In this document: positions 50,092 to 62,390 of the stretch, piece after piece
Position numbering within the stretch: the first letter of the stretch is position 1
Layout: each line of letters starts with the position of its first letter
NCBI RefSeq assembly: GCF_002113885.1
Contig: NW_018480075.1
Span: 827,860 to 891,859, forward strand
Source: Mizuhopecten yessoensis
Lineage: Eukaryota
Direction: 5' to 3'
Length of the DNA stretch: 64,000 nucleotides
Made by a program: the position numbers and the translations under genes
The notes under the pieces: generated by a model
Seen by the model: the letters and a program-made list of their open reading frames with translations, nothing else
Database searches by the model: none
Told to the model about the DNA's origin: nothing

Positions 50092-50480
50092 GAGGTAGCC
50101 ACGGTACATTAAAGGGGAGTAATTAAGGGACCTTAGGTAGCTACGGTACATTAAAGGGGAGTAATTAAGGGACCTTAGGTAGCCACGGTACATTAAAGGG
50201 GAGTAATTAAGGGACCTTAGGTAGCCACGGTACATTAAAGGGGAGTAATTAAGGGACCTTAGGTAGCCACGGTACATTAAAGGGGAGTAATTAAGGGACC
50301 TTAGGTAGCCACGGTACATTAAAGGGGAGTAATTAAGGGACCTTAGGTAGCCACGGTACATTAAAGGGGAGTAATTAAGGGACCTTAGGTAGCCACGGTA
50401 CATTAAAGGGGAGTAATTAAGGGACCTTAGGTAGCCACGGTACATTAAAGGGGGGTAATTAAGGGACCTTAGGTAGCCAC
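50092..50480. repeat. 42-bp minisatellite (aggtagccacggtacattaaaggggagtaattaagggacctt), ~9 near-identical copies
   Basis: Period 42, no spacers. Confidence 0.95.
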
Positions 50481-51407
50481 ATTATGTAATGGAGGGAGGT
50501 GAGATAGGGTCGTTTTCAGGGACTATTTTTCCGTTCCGCGTAGTGTTGTGTGTAATGAGGCTTTCGTCAGTCTACTTCAGGTCATGTAGTTTAGATTACT
50601 ACGTTTTTCTGTTTTTTGATCATCTATCATCTGGCAGTTACTCATATTCCAAACAGGATAATGTTCTGCCGTTTGAAATATGAACAACATCTGATTCAAT
50701 TTAATAATGAAACAGTCGTAAAGAAATATTTTGCATACTATAAAACGAAGCAGTCGGTACATGAAAATAATATCCAGGCTTGAAAAGAAAATTTCATTTT
50801 TTGTTGGTATGATAGAAATAACCCAACTGAAATATGATACTATTTAGGCGTGCTATTATTAAAGTCCATACACGGATATAAAACATGTATGAGTACGTTA
50901 TAGCAACAATATCGTTATGTACAACGCTGCAAGTTCGAATACATATTATACTCTTCTTTCTGAAAGCTTATATCGATTTTTGTGAACAAGATATTTGATC
51001 TGAGACTGAAACTCGAGTGTTTTGTTCTGTGTGTCCCAAAGGCGACTGTGAACGATAACCATCTACCTGTATAGGAGATGTAAATGTTTAACTAGATACG
51101 TCAGATAAAGTGTTACGTACTATAGATAAGCACCTTGGTGTCAAAGTTCATTTGTTTTTGTTAGCAGTCAGACTTAAACAGGAAACTTGGTTTCAGCAAC
51201 GAGCTTTTGATACCGAACTTGAATTGTTCCCGTAATAGCACATTCCCAGCTAGGTTTTCCATCCATGTGGAATAAAATGAAAAAAATACTATGGTGTTAC
51301 AGAAAAGATCATACGTTTTTCATAAAAAAAACATATCATTGGAAAACACAGGTTTCGGAAATAGTCCGAGTTAGCGTTCTTACGTTATATTGAGTGGAAT
51401 GGTTGGA

Positions 51408-51535
51408 TTTGTTGGGTCTGTTGGGTTTGGTTTGTGTGCTAAGTCCTATGGTCATTTGAGGACGAGCCAGGTGTTTTGCTTTGGAGGACAACCGGAGCAC
51501 CTGGATAAAAACAACCGACCTGCGACACGTACCTA
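51408..51535 (-). mobile_element. SINE 3' fragment
   Basis: (ggttt)n tail, ctatggtcatttgaggacg as in the other SINE tails, and an accggagcacctggataaaaacaaccgacctgcg core-like motif. Confidence 0.55.
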
Positions 51536-52645
51536 CGTAGGTCTTCAACGAAAGTCACGCAAAGACAAAATCTGAAGTTAATGCTGTACTTAATAACTTA
51601 AACAGAAACTGAGGAAATACAGAAACAGTCAGCTTGCCCCTAAAAATATATAAATAAGTTAAAGATTTTTTTTTTAAATATCTGAGGGGTAAACAATATA
51701 CTGCGGAGGAAATTGTATATCTGCACCATATGAACGAGTGACCTAGTTTGTTTGACTAAATTAAGGATAATTGTCACACGGCAAAGAAAATCCATGAAAA
51801 TCTATGAGTTAAATTACTCTGCCATATTTGCTTTATAGTTCGATCTCATAGAGTAAATATAAACGCACACACAGCCAATATATTATCACGAGCAAAGGAC
51901 GATAACTCTCGTCGACTTTGGCTGTCGTCTGGTTACAATACTTGAACCACCGATTTGAAATTATTAAGCTGAGTTTTGTTTAATGAATTGGATTTTGCTC
52001 GAGGCCAAATTTGTTTTAAAGGTTACAATGCATATACAGGTATTACGCTTATATTCCCTGTGGGGAATTCATATTCCCTCGCTAAAAAAGGGTAGTATAG
52101 ACCCTGTATAACTTAACGTTGTTTTAAGGTGTGATTGTCTGTACGTCCTGATAAAGCGTGGAATATCAAGACAATCACATTCTATAATCTATCACACCAT
52201 AACACGATATTCACGTACACCATCACGTCCAGCACACAATGTTTAATTGGTGTGTTTATAGCACTATCGATCGCAGCCCCGATACACAAGATGCCGCAGT
52301 CATGATCTAGAGGGCAGATATTACGGTGTGTTCCCTGAACGCATACATATTGAGAACTATAGGTAGAAACATCAAAGGGAGGGTAATTATAGTTTGTATC
52401 ATATATAGGTACTATGTTTACCTGATATATTTTACCTGTAGATCTAGCTGTAATTATTACAGGTAAAAAGTTTGTATCCTATATGTACTATATTTTACCT
52501 GTAGATCTACCTGTGACATCCCCAACGGTTGATATTCATCATCAATGTGAAAGAAAACTAAGACATTAATATCAAGCGCAATATTTTTATTTGATAAATC
52601 CATACTTAATATCAATATATTATTTACATACATAAAATATATTAC

Positions 52646-52778
52646 ATGGAGTTAGCTACAGTCACGCACACTACAATAGCCTCAGGATCGAGGGGCTTCA
52701 AAGGGTGCGTGTTGTCTCGGTCCGATCATTACTGTGATGATGGACAAAGGTGTATTCACACTGACCTAGGTCAAACAG
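52646..52778 (+). CDS. Candidate first coding exon (MELATVTHTTIASGSRGFKGCVLSRSDHYCDDGQRCIHTDLGQT, phase 1)
   Basis: ATG-initiated open frame ending in consensus donor CAG|gtaagt. Confidence 0.35.
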
Positions 52779-54221
52779 GTAAGTATGTTTACGCCGTTAT
52801 ATACCTGATAATATGCAACGCGGTCGTATAAGGTAAATCATATAGGCGGGCATAACAGATGAAATATATGACCCGTAGCAAAGTTTGTACATGTTCCTAT
52901 GTGTAAGTCAAGTGGTAGATCTCCAATCACGTTTACATGAAAACACAGATTTATTGATCTCGAAAAGATCATTATTTACAAACTCATTTTTTTGTGTAAA
53001 CTAAGCAACTTCTAGAAAAAAACGCGCCTAAAGATGAAATTGAGCTCATTATGCGTTTGTATCGTGTCCTGAAAACCGAAGAGCCCATCACTACGATAGG
53101 TCGTAGGATTTGTTGACAAAAAAATGCCTGCTTCATAAATTGTGCGTACATCTATCCTGCATACTCTATACGAAATAGGAAATAAATATTAGGAGAGCAT
53201 CATCGATGCATAAAGATATCACCGTTACATGAAGGTAGCGAGTCTGATACGTGCAGAGAACGAAATGTCATTAACAGTCGTGGCCAGGCATAAAGCATCT
53301 ACTTAACTTGGGGCGGCGGTAAGGATCAGATAAGCGTTTGATGGCAATATGACTAATTAACGTAAACGTGGGCCAGGCCACCCATGCAAACAATTCTCTA
53401 CACTAAGGTGTTTTAGGGCTGTAGTAAAGAAGTCATAAACAAATCTGTACCACACGAATGTAGAGCACGTTATGTAGAAAGATGGACGTACCACACACAG
53501 GTGATCGTACTTTTACAATTTGTAAATCGATACAGAATGCCCAAAAATGAATCACACGGCATCATACAGCTGATTGGTTGTTCTAGGACTCATCCGTGAT
53601 CCTTAGGGGCAAACAGGTAGGAAATCGAAATTGTCTATACTACTGTTCAAACAAAGGGCAGATGCGTAAACCCCTTTATGTATGAATTTCAAAATTTAGA
53701 GGATTACTGATTAATTTCGAATTAAATCCTGAGTAAAGTGTTTATTATGAACTGTGCCGCTACTCAAAAGAGATAACAGTGGCCACCAAGGTTACGGCAA
53801 ACCTTATCTTACAGACATACTTCCCTGGATTTTACAGGCCGTTTGCAACATGAAGTGCAAGAAACATATAACTTTTCTCATCCCCAGTTTTATTTCTTGT
53901 ATTGAGAATCTTGAGTTTTGTTGCGTTTCGTTTGTTATTCGTTTGTATCTCTCAGTTTCTGATTTTCATACCAACTTTGATTAGTTGAATATTAACCCTA
54001 TGTAAAATTTTATTTTTATATTTTGTAATGACTTTTCAGATTTGAAAATATGATATTTCGTTCCCGAGAATATTGACAGTTGCGAGAAGACTAAAAGAAT
54101 AGCAATGGATTTTGATGATGGTTGGAGGAGGTGTTTCCAAAGATGGAAAAATAAAAATCACATAATATGATTTTGATAACTTTGATACAGTAAGGGCAAC
54201 TTTTGTTAACTTATTTAAGTT

Positions 54222-54351
54222 TTGAACAGCTTTCACATGGCATTCATAGGCAATATGAATGCCAACTCTACAAAGGCAAATTCAGCGCTTCTTGTTGGAT
54301 TTGCCAGTTGGAATTCATGTTGCCTATGAATACCAACTGAAAGAAGTTCAA
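54222..54351. repeat. ~130-bp imperfect hairpin
   Basis: ttgaacagctttcacatggcattcataggcaatatgaatgccaact..ggcaaattcagc / gttggatttgcc agttggaattcatgttgcctatgaataccaactgaaagaagttcaa. Confidence 0.75.
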
Positions 54352-57300
54352 TACGTTAAATGACCATTTTTGGAATCTGTTCATCTCATAAAAAAACAAT
54401 TACATATTATTATTCAGCATTTAGTTTAAGTAATGAGTTTTTCGTGGTTGCTTGTTCAATGAATAGCTATTCCCGGGGTGGGTCAGTGGTAATAATAATG
54501 ACGACGTCAACAATTTGTCCATGGCATTCATAGCCGTTAAGAATGTCAATTTAATTTGGTATGGTCATGCTGTATAGTGGCAATACCATTCGATAGTAAA
54601 TATACATAAATGCATCCCGTATCTTACTATGACCCCCATAAACACACCATAAATGCACGATTTTTTAAAATTTTGGACTTAAGCAAGTCTACCCGTTGTG
54701 CTGTAAAAGTAAGCGTTGCTATCCTGTTCACATTGTGTGCTCTAGTTTCCTTGTGTATCTGTGCGGAACAACTACAAGGAAAAGCGACACGCACAAGTGT
54801 ACAGAGATTTAAAATACATAGCCTTACGCCAGGACAGGACGGAGGGTAAAGGGTCAGTGTACGTGTTGACCGGTGCGTCCATCGGAATAGAGACGGTGTA
54901 GTACAGCATAGCCATATGCTACGGTATATTGGACATTCTGGAGAAGGCGGGACTATAATATCGGCAACCTTTGTTGACATATGTACGAACAAGGGGATTT
55001 AAAGGAGACGATGTTCGGGTATATTTGTGACGTGTGATCTAAATTGTTTGCAAGTGGTTTAACAGACAAACGTTATGTGCACCTGGATTGTAAGGTGAGT
55101 AATAGCAGGATTCTAGAATATCAGTTAAGTGATAAGTAAATTGCCCTTAGTTGCCTCTAATGTTAAACCTACGTATCTCGTTTTAAAATTTTGCTAAGTA
55201 AAGCACGTCTTCATGACAAGCTTTGTCAACCCTCAACAGACCTCTCAAAGTAAAAATTATTTACTGCATAAAGTAAGAAGTAAAATCTATTTTCAAAGTC
55301 TCTACCTTGCTACAGATAACAGCTAAACGTTGTGAACATAATTTTCTACTTAACGTGTCTTAATATAACAAACTAATGTATTGATATGCTTGTTCAGACA
55401 ACATGAAATTTCTTTAAAAACGCATTAGTAGCATATTTTTTTAAAAGTATTTTTAGTGAAATGATCCCCGACTGCCTACTGTCTAAATCCTATTAAGTAC
55501 ATGACCCCAAAATGACCTCTTGCTATTGTTTTTCATCCTGTAAGTCTCTATATGACCCCCGACTATCTCTTTGTTATTGTTTGCACCCTGCGATATATTT
55601 GACCCTGACTGTTTCTTCTTATCTGCTTCCTATTATAAATGCCTTTGTTATATGTTGTGCTAAATTTATTACTATCCTGTACTTACCTCCATGTTAATAA
55701 TCTCATAAAATTTATCTTTATTTACCGAGACGCCCCCTTCCAAACAGGAAGACTATTATCTACCCAGGTGCTCTACCCGCTGGTGCGTAAACCTACTAAT
55801 GCACAACACAAATGACGGATATGGCACTTCCTGTTTACCGGGGTTGTTTCGGTAAAGTTTCTTTTAGACAAATTTCAGATGGTGCTTCGATGTACAACTA
55901 TATAGGTATATACATTTTTACATTAGTGGCATAATTACGTGAAAACTCTAGGTCAGGAAATGTTTACAAGAAAAAAGGTATTATAAAGGCTAATAAGCCT
56001 TTGCTTCCTGCCATAAAAACAGAACATCAAACGTACATTCTAACATAAAGCAGGCACAGTTTAAGATAACCTGTGTAAAATAATTGTTAAAAATCAAAAT
56101 GCCTACCTGCGCAGATCTCGTCTCGTTCGTTACCAGGAACGCCGGAATGCTTTTCTTCGACCTAAGCGGTATGGCTCGAGTAAAAATGATAAATGTTAAC
56201 ACTTCGAAATTGAAATTGAAATTTAAGGTAATTGCAGTTAATTTATGACGTGCGTACACAGTACTAATGAGTGACAGTGTTGTTAAAACCATAGGTATCT
56301 AGCATATGTATCCTTTGTAGATTTGGAGCTGTGTTTTTAGCATATGTATTCTTTTAAATTACTTGTATAGCTACATGAAAATCTCTATTAACGTCATTTC
56401 AATACCACCAAGTAATGAGTCTGAGATGTTAAATTACTTATTTCAGTGAAACATGAACACTGGTTTAACAGTAAATTATAAATTACTTCTGTGTAGAAAC
56501 ACCTTTTCTTTTCCTTTTTAATTAGGAGCCGAATCTAATGGAATTACAACGCGTTCATACTGATGTGACCGCTAACAGGGAGGGCTAATGTTATAACCAC
56601 GAAACGTAATTTAATTGTCTGTCTACAATTTGTATTTGTCATCCAATTAACAGAACACAAACGCCCCAGAGATGAAGTAAATTTCTCACCAAAAATATCT
56701 TGTCAAATTGAAATGACATGTTTACGTTTTTTCTATTTAACACTTCCTTAAATTCATTGATTATTGTTGGTTAATTAAATATTTCAAGATATATTACATC
56801 CTATTTTGTTATACTACTAATGTGAACGTGTGTGGTGAGATTATGGGTACAAGGTGAAAAGCAAGCACCAACAGTATTAAATATATAACGAGACAGGATA
56901 ATGGAAACATTTTCAATTTAGATACTCCCCTTTAGATGTGTATTGGAATCCCGTACGCGTTGTATTATTGATAAACGTAACGTATATGGTACACGTAGCT
57001 TTGCTGCGAAAGGAACTCGGCCATCATAGCGCCTCCGATACAGTGAACCGCCGAACGCTATCAAACTCACACACAGAACACTCTCTGGGAGTTTTATACT
57101 GCACGCCTTAGGAACCCGAAAAGGACTGCTTCGATCAGATATGGTATGCTATATAATTCAGGATATCTGGGTAAAAACCCTGGCATTTTATCAAACGTGG
57201 ATGTCCAATTAGTCGTGTATAATGTATGCTGATACAAACGCAAGGATATTGAAGTTTCTGCATGTCTCTGAAATTGTTAGCCCCGTTGTCAGGAGACACC

Positions 57301-59051
57301 TGAGCGAAACGTGTACATGTGTTGGAGTAAACATTGAAAACTGTATACAAATGTGTGAAGTAAACGAATTTTCTGAATGAATGAATTTCTGAAATACATA
57401 TCTGTGAAAGGGAGTGACAACACATTGTCGTCTGCAACCTTCGGATTTCCGCCGTATTTACATTATTGGAGTAGCAGTGAAGAGGAAATTCATGTAATAC
57501 AATCTCATGGTACTGGAATGACGTGTCCTTAAGGGATATTGTCTGGTTTCTGTCTTATACTGTAACGCACCATAGAGTCTAAATTTAATGGTCTATGAAG
57601 TAATATAAAAAAGACGTCACATGGAAGGCATAGTATGCGTATGTTTGTTCTCGGCGTGATTATATTGATGCACATCCTGAACAGTAAATTTGATCAATAA
57701 CCGATAAAATTCGTAAATTCTTGTTGTCTAGATAGGACTTAATGTAATTGTTCTTCTTCAGTTAAATTTTGTTTCCACTGTTTACTGAAAATCATTAAGT
57801 TACGGTAGTAACATTTGTAAGTGGTAATACAAGGAACGTGTTAGCTTAATGACAATTTATCTTAAATTGTCAAGATATATTAAAAAAATAGTTGTTTTTC
57901 TTCAAATATTATCGTTTCTTTTCTACAAATTAGCACATTAAAACCCTATAATTAGTTTTTTATTCGTTTATTTTATTAATATCCTTGAAAACATCTTTTT
58001 CTTCAATTTGCTTCAAGTTCGATTAAACTGACAAGGCTTTTTAAAACCTGGATGCAGGACAGACCACTTATGGAAGACTTGTTCACATCGTAAGAGTTTT
58101 AATAAGAATTTTAAGAGACTTTTTTAAATGAAATACATTTGTAATTTAATCTGAAAGCAAACTTAATATTTTACATGTTGTACCTTCATTAACTCCTTAC
58201 CAGAAATCAAAACGTTTTAAATTATTTGTTGGATAAAGTTGTTGAGTTAAATTGCAGTCAAGCTGATCATACTTTCGTCAACTTAGCCTGGTTAGTATTA
58301 TTTCCTTTTAGTACAATAGTGTCGTTTGTTTTTGTAGATTTATTTAATTCATTGCATCAGTTTAAAATGTTTCTGCTTACATAGCGTATACACGTCGTCT
58401 ATATGTTAGGTAAATCATGCGTAGTTCGAAATCCTTTCTTGTGCTCGATGGAAAATCTCCAGACCGCCGTTTAAAAAATTGGTCTCCGTTATCAAGTTAT
58501 TTAATCACATAACAGAGAGACACCTGTACCCTATTCCTTTTACGTATCTATATGTTTATCATTGCAGCAAGAACATATTGTCCAGCCTAACGTTTCAATA
58601 GTTCACTCCTGGAGTGACAGGGAAATGGATTTGAATTTTTATGGAATTGACTCCAAGTTATCGCGTTGCTATATATAGTTCCTGGCTGAATCAGATTTTC
58701 GGAGCCAGAGTGACTTAATGTTGATTGGCTTCATTATGGAAGATGAATGCAGGAATAACACGTGGGTTCTTGACATACTATGAGCTGTCTATTATAGAGG
58801 AGTGTAATATGTGGATCGGTGTATTATGATTTATGATAGTAAATACGGTACGGAGTAACATAACACGTTATAAATTGGCTGTGTACAGTTTACATCTGTG
58901 AAAACTGGGTTATCTAAAGGGAGTAAAACTTATTTAGATATATATTTCTTTGATAGTTTCTGCTGTAAATTCACTTATTTTAGCTGCAGTAATATTTAAG
59001 TATTACACCTTAATATTAGCCAGACATGCTATGGTTGTATTACTCTTCTGT

Positions 59052-59320
59052 TATAATAATAATACTAATATACAACATTTATATAGCGCCCTATATAATT
59101 TGTAAAATTACTCTACACTGCTTTACAACATATGGATAATAATAATGGTTATAATTGTGAAAACAAAAAAACAAAGGCTTACAATCACTTTTATACATTT
59201 AAGCAAGCAATGTGCACATAATTGAACAAATAAAAGGGTGGTATTTACATGACGTCTTTGCAAGGATTCTAAAGTGCAGACCTGAAGAGGTGAGTTTTGA
59301 TGTCCCTCTTGATGCCTTTT
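59052..59320 (-). mobile_element. L2-clade LINE 3'-end fragment
   Basis: (aat)n tail, atttatatagcgcc...gctttaca stem, and gaagaggtgagtttt (minus strand KTHLF, the typical ORF2 C-terminus). Confidence 0.65.
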
Positions 59321-59383
59321 ACTTGATAATTATCAGTTATTCATGGATACATGTTTGGGTTTACATACGTAAGATAATAAGAA

Positions 59384-59815
59384 TAAGTACGGTAATATGA
59401 ATGTAAGTTACAATGACATGGGTGCGTTATTACGGGTGTAAGTACGGCAGTGTGAGTTTATACAGTAGCATGTGTAAATGCAGTAATACATGTATGAGTT
59501 CTCATGGTAATATGAATGTAAGTTACAATGACATTGGTGCGTACGGGTGTCAGGTTTAGCAATATGGGTGTAAGTACGGTAATGTGAGTTTATACAGTAA
59601 CATGTGTAAATGCAGTAATACATGTATGAGTTCTCATGGTAATATGAATGTAAGTTACAATGACATGGGTGCGTACGGGTGTCAGTTTCAGCAATATGGG
59701 TGTAAGTACGGTAATGTGAGTTTATACAGTAACATGTGTATATGCAGTTATATGAGTTACCATGATAATATGATTTAGTACGGTAATATGGTTTAGTACG
59801 GTAATATCAGTTTAC
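59384..59815. repeat. Tandem repeat with ~115-132-bp higher-order units built of ~18-21-bp subunits
   Basis: ggtaatatgaatgtaagttacaatgaca at 59391, 59506 and 59638. Confidence 0.85.
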
Positions 59816-60632
59816 GTAAATAGGGCTGTTTTTGAAGTTTTCTAGTATTTCTTATCTCCAGATGTACATACGGACGCTCTGTTTATGTTGTAGTATAACA
59901 TCCTCATTGCTATTTTTTATGATACAATATTTCTGATAGAAAAAATACATCCAATATAAACAATATAGTCCCTGTAAACTGATTTGATTTTTCAACACAT
60001 AAACATATGACATTAGAAATTTCAATTTATAAATTTGTGAAGCTAACATATCATTTGGCATCTGTGAAATGCCGCTTCATCGATAATATATCTTCTTACT
60101 TTGTTGTAAATGACATGTTATAAGCCACACAAGAACAGGAAGATTACTTTTGCCCAATCGTCTATACATCACAAGATACCGAGCCATGTTGACGGTCTGT
60201 ACATAAGCTTTGTGTGTGTGATAGCATTGTGAAGCAGCTATATCAATTTATATTAGATAGATAGATATTTGTAATTGATTGTAAGCACGTCTCGCCACAC
60301 GACGTTTGTTAGAAAGTAATCATAAAGTTGGCTCAGAAAGACACTGCTTAGAATAAATAGAAAAGAATGTCTAGGTCTATATGCTTTATATCAGCAACAC
60401 TTACAAGCACAAGCTGTCTAGCATTTGTTACCCTTTCAAACACACCATCCAGCCATTCCCCATAAACTACGTGTTGAATGTAATTTTTTGTGTTGCCTGT
60501 TTTCCTGTAATAGACTGGTTATTTTGTCGTTTCACTTGGGTATATCAATGAAGATGGTTTATTTAACGAGAGACATTATTACTGTCACGTTTTGTTCGGG
60601 AAATGCTTACCCTTCAGAGACACCATGGCCAG

Positions 60633-60895
60633 GGCCCGTATTCATGAAACCATTCTCATGCTCAAGCATGGAATCTGTGCTCAAACCAACTTTCTGGTAA
60701 CTCGCTTAGATCATGTCAACCGATCAAAAAGTCAAATATAAAAATCGAAAACAGTATTTGGCTATAAGTCTCTTCAATATGTTTCCAAATCATTGACAAA
60801 ATTAGATTTATTTATTGAGTTATAACCAGAACAAGAAATAGGCTTGAGCTCAAAATCCAGGCTTGAGCATGAGACCGGCTTCATGAATACGGGCC
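60633..60895. mobile_element. Harbinger/Tourist-type MITE inserted in an RTE/SINE-like repeat
   Basis: cag|ggcccgtattcatgaa ... ttcatgaatacgggcc|ctg, with extended internal inverted repeat ctcatgctcaagc/gcttgagcatgag. Confidence 0.85.
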
Positions 60896-61003
60896 CTGGT
60901 TTTACCTCCATTGTTATGTGGATGGTTGTTATGCTTTTCCTTTTATTTTGCTCATGATGATGTCTTTCCTCCTCTTTTGCCGTCCCTGCAAAATTGTTTG
61001 CTT

Positions 61004-62390
61004 CTCCTCGGTTCCTGTTGATGTCTTTACCTTTTGTTTCGATGTCTCCCCGTCTCCTGTTGCGGCCCTTTGCCTTGGTATCGCCTCGGTTCCTGTTGTT
61101 CTCTTTACCTTTTGTTTCGATGTCTCCCCGTCTCCTGTTGCGGCCCTTTGCCTTGGTATCTCCTCGGTTCCTGTTGTTCTCTTTACCTTTTGTTTCGATG
61201 TCTCCCCGTCTCCTGTTGCGGCCCTTTGCCTTGGTATCTCCTCGGTTCCTGTTGTTCTCTTTACCTTTTGTTTCGATGTCTCCCCGTCTCCTGTTGCGGC
61301 CCTTTGCCTTGGTATCTCCTCGGTTCCTGTTGTTCTCTTTACCTTTTGTTTCGATGTCTCCCCGTCTCCTGTTGCGGCCCTTTGCCTTGGTATCTCCTCG
61401 GTTCCTGTTGTTCTCTTTACCTTTTGTTTCGATGTCTCCCCGTCTCCTGTTGCGGCCCTTTGCCTTGGTATCTCCTCGGTTCCTGTTGTTCTCTTTACCT
61501 TTTGTTTCGATGTCTCCCCGTCTCCTGTTGCGGCCCTTTGCCTTGGTATCTCCTCGGTTCCTGTTGTTCTCTTTACCTTTTGTTTCGATGTCTCCCCGTC
61601 TCCTGTTGCGGCCCTTTGCCTTGGTATCTCCTCGGTTCCTGTTGTTCTCTTTACCTTTTGTTTCGATGTCTCCCCGTCTCCTGTTGCGGCCCTTTGCCTT
61701 GGTATCTCCTCGGTTCCTGTTGTTCTCTTTACCTTTTGTTTCGATGTCTCCCCGTCTCCTGTTGCGGCCCTTTGCCTTGGTATCTCCTCGGTTCCTGTTG
61801 TTCTCTTTACCTTTTGTTTCGATGTCTCCCCGTCTCCTGTTGCGGCCCTTTGCCTTGGTATCTCCTCGGTTCCTGTTGTTCTCTTTACCTTTTGTTTCGA
61901 TGTCTCCCCGTCTCCTGTTGCGGCCCTTTGCCTTGGTATCTCCTCGGTTCCTGTTGTTCTCTTTACCTTTTGTTTCGATGTCTCCCCGTCTCCTGTTGCG
62001 GCCCTTTGCCTTGGTATCTCCTCGGTTCCTGTTGTTCTCTTTACCTTTTGTTTCGATGTCTCCCCGTCTCCTGTTGCGACCCTTTGCCTTGGGATCTCTT
62101 CGGTTCCTGTTGTTCTCTTTACCTTTTGTTTCGATGTCTCCCCGTCTCCTGTTGCGGCCCTTTGCCTTGGTATCGCCTCGGTTCCTGTTGTTCTCTTTAC
62201 CTTTTGTTTCGATGTCTCCCCGTCTCCTGTTGCGGCCCTTTGCCTTGGTATCTCCTCGGTTCCTGTTGTTCTCTTTACCTTTTGTTTCGATGTCTCTCCG
62301 TCTCCTGTTGCGGCCCTTTGCCTTGGTATCTCCTCGGTTCCTGTTGCTCTCTTTACCTTTTGTTTTGATGTCTCCTCGTTCTCGGTTGTT
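61004..62390. repeat. 78-bp minisatellite (2 x 39-bp diverged subunits), ~17.5 near-identical copies
   Basis: 26-aa periodicity in all three plus-frame ORFs; diverged ~40-bp units continue to about 62515. Confidence 0.97.

Noticed and set aside
50086-50445. ORF (MYRGYLRSLNYSPL)n as a neuropeptide precursor
   Set aside because: No signal peptide or dibasic cleavage sites; it is a translation of a 42-bp minisatellite.
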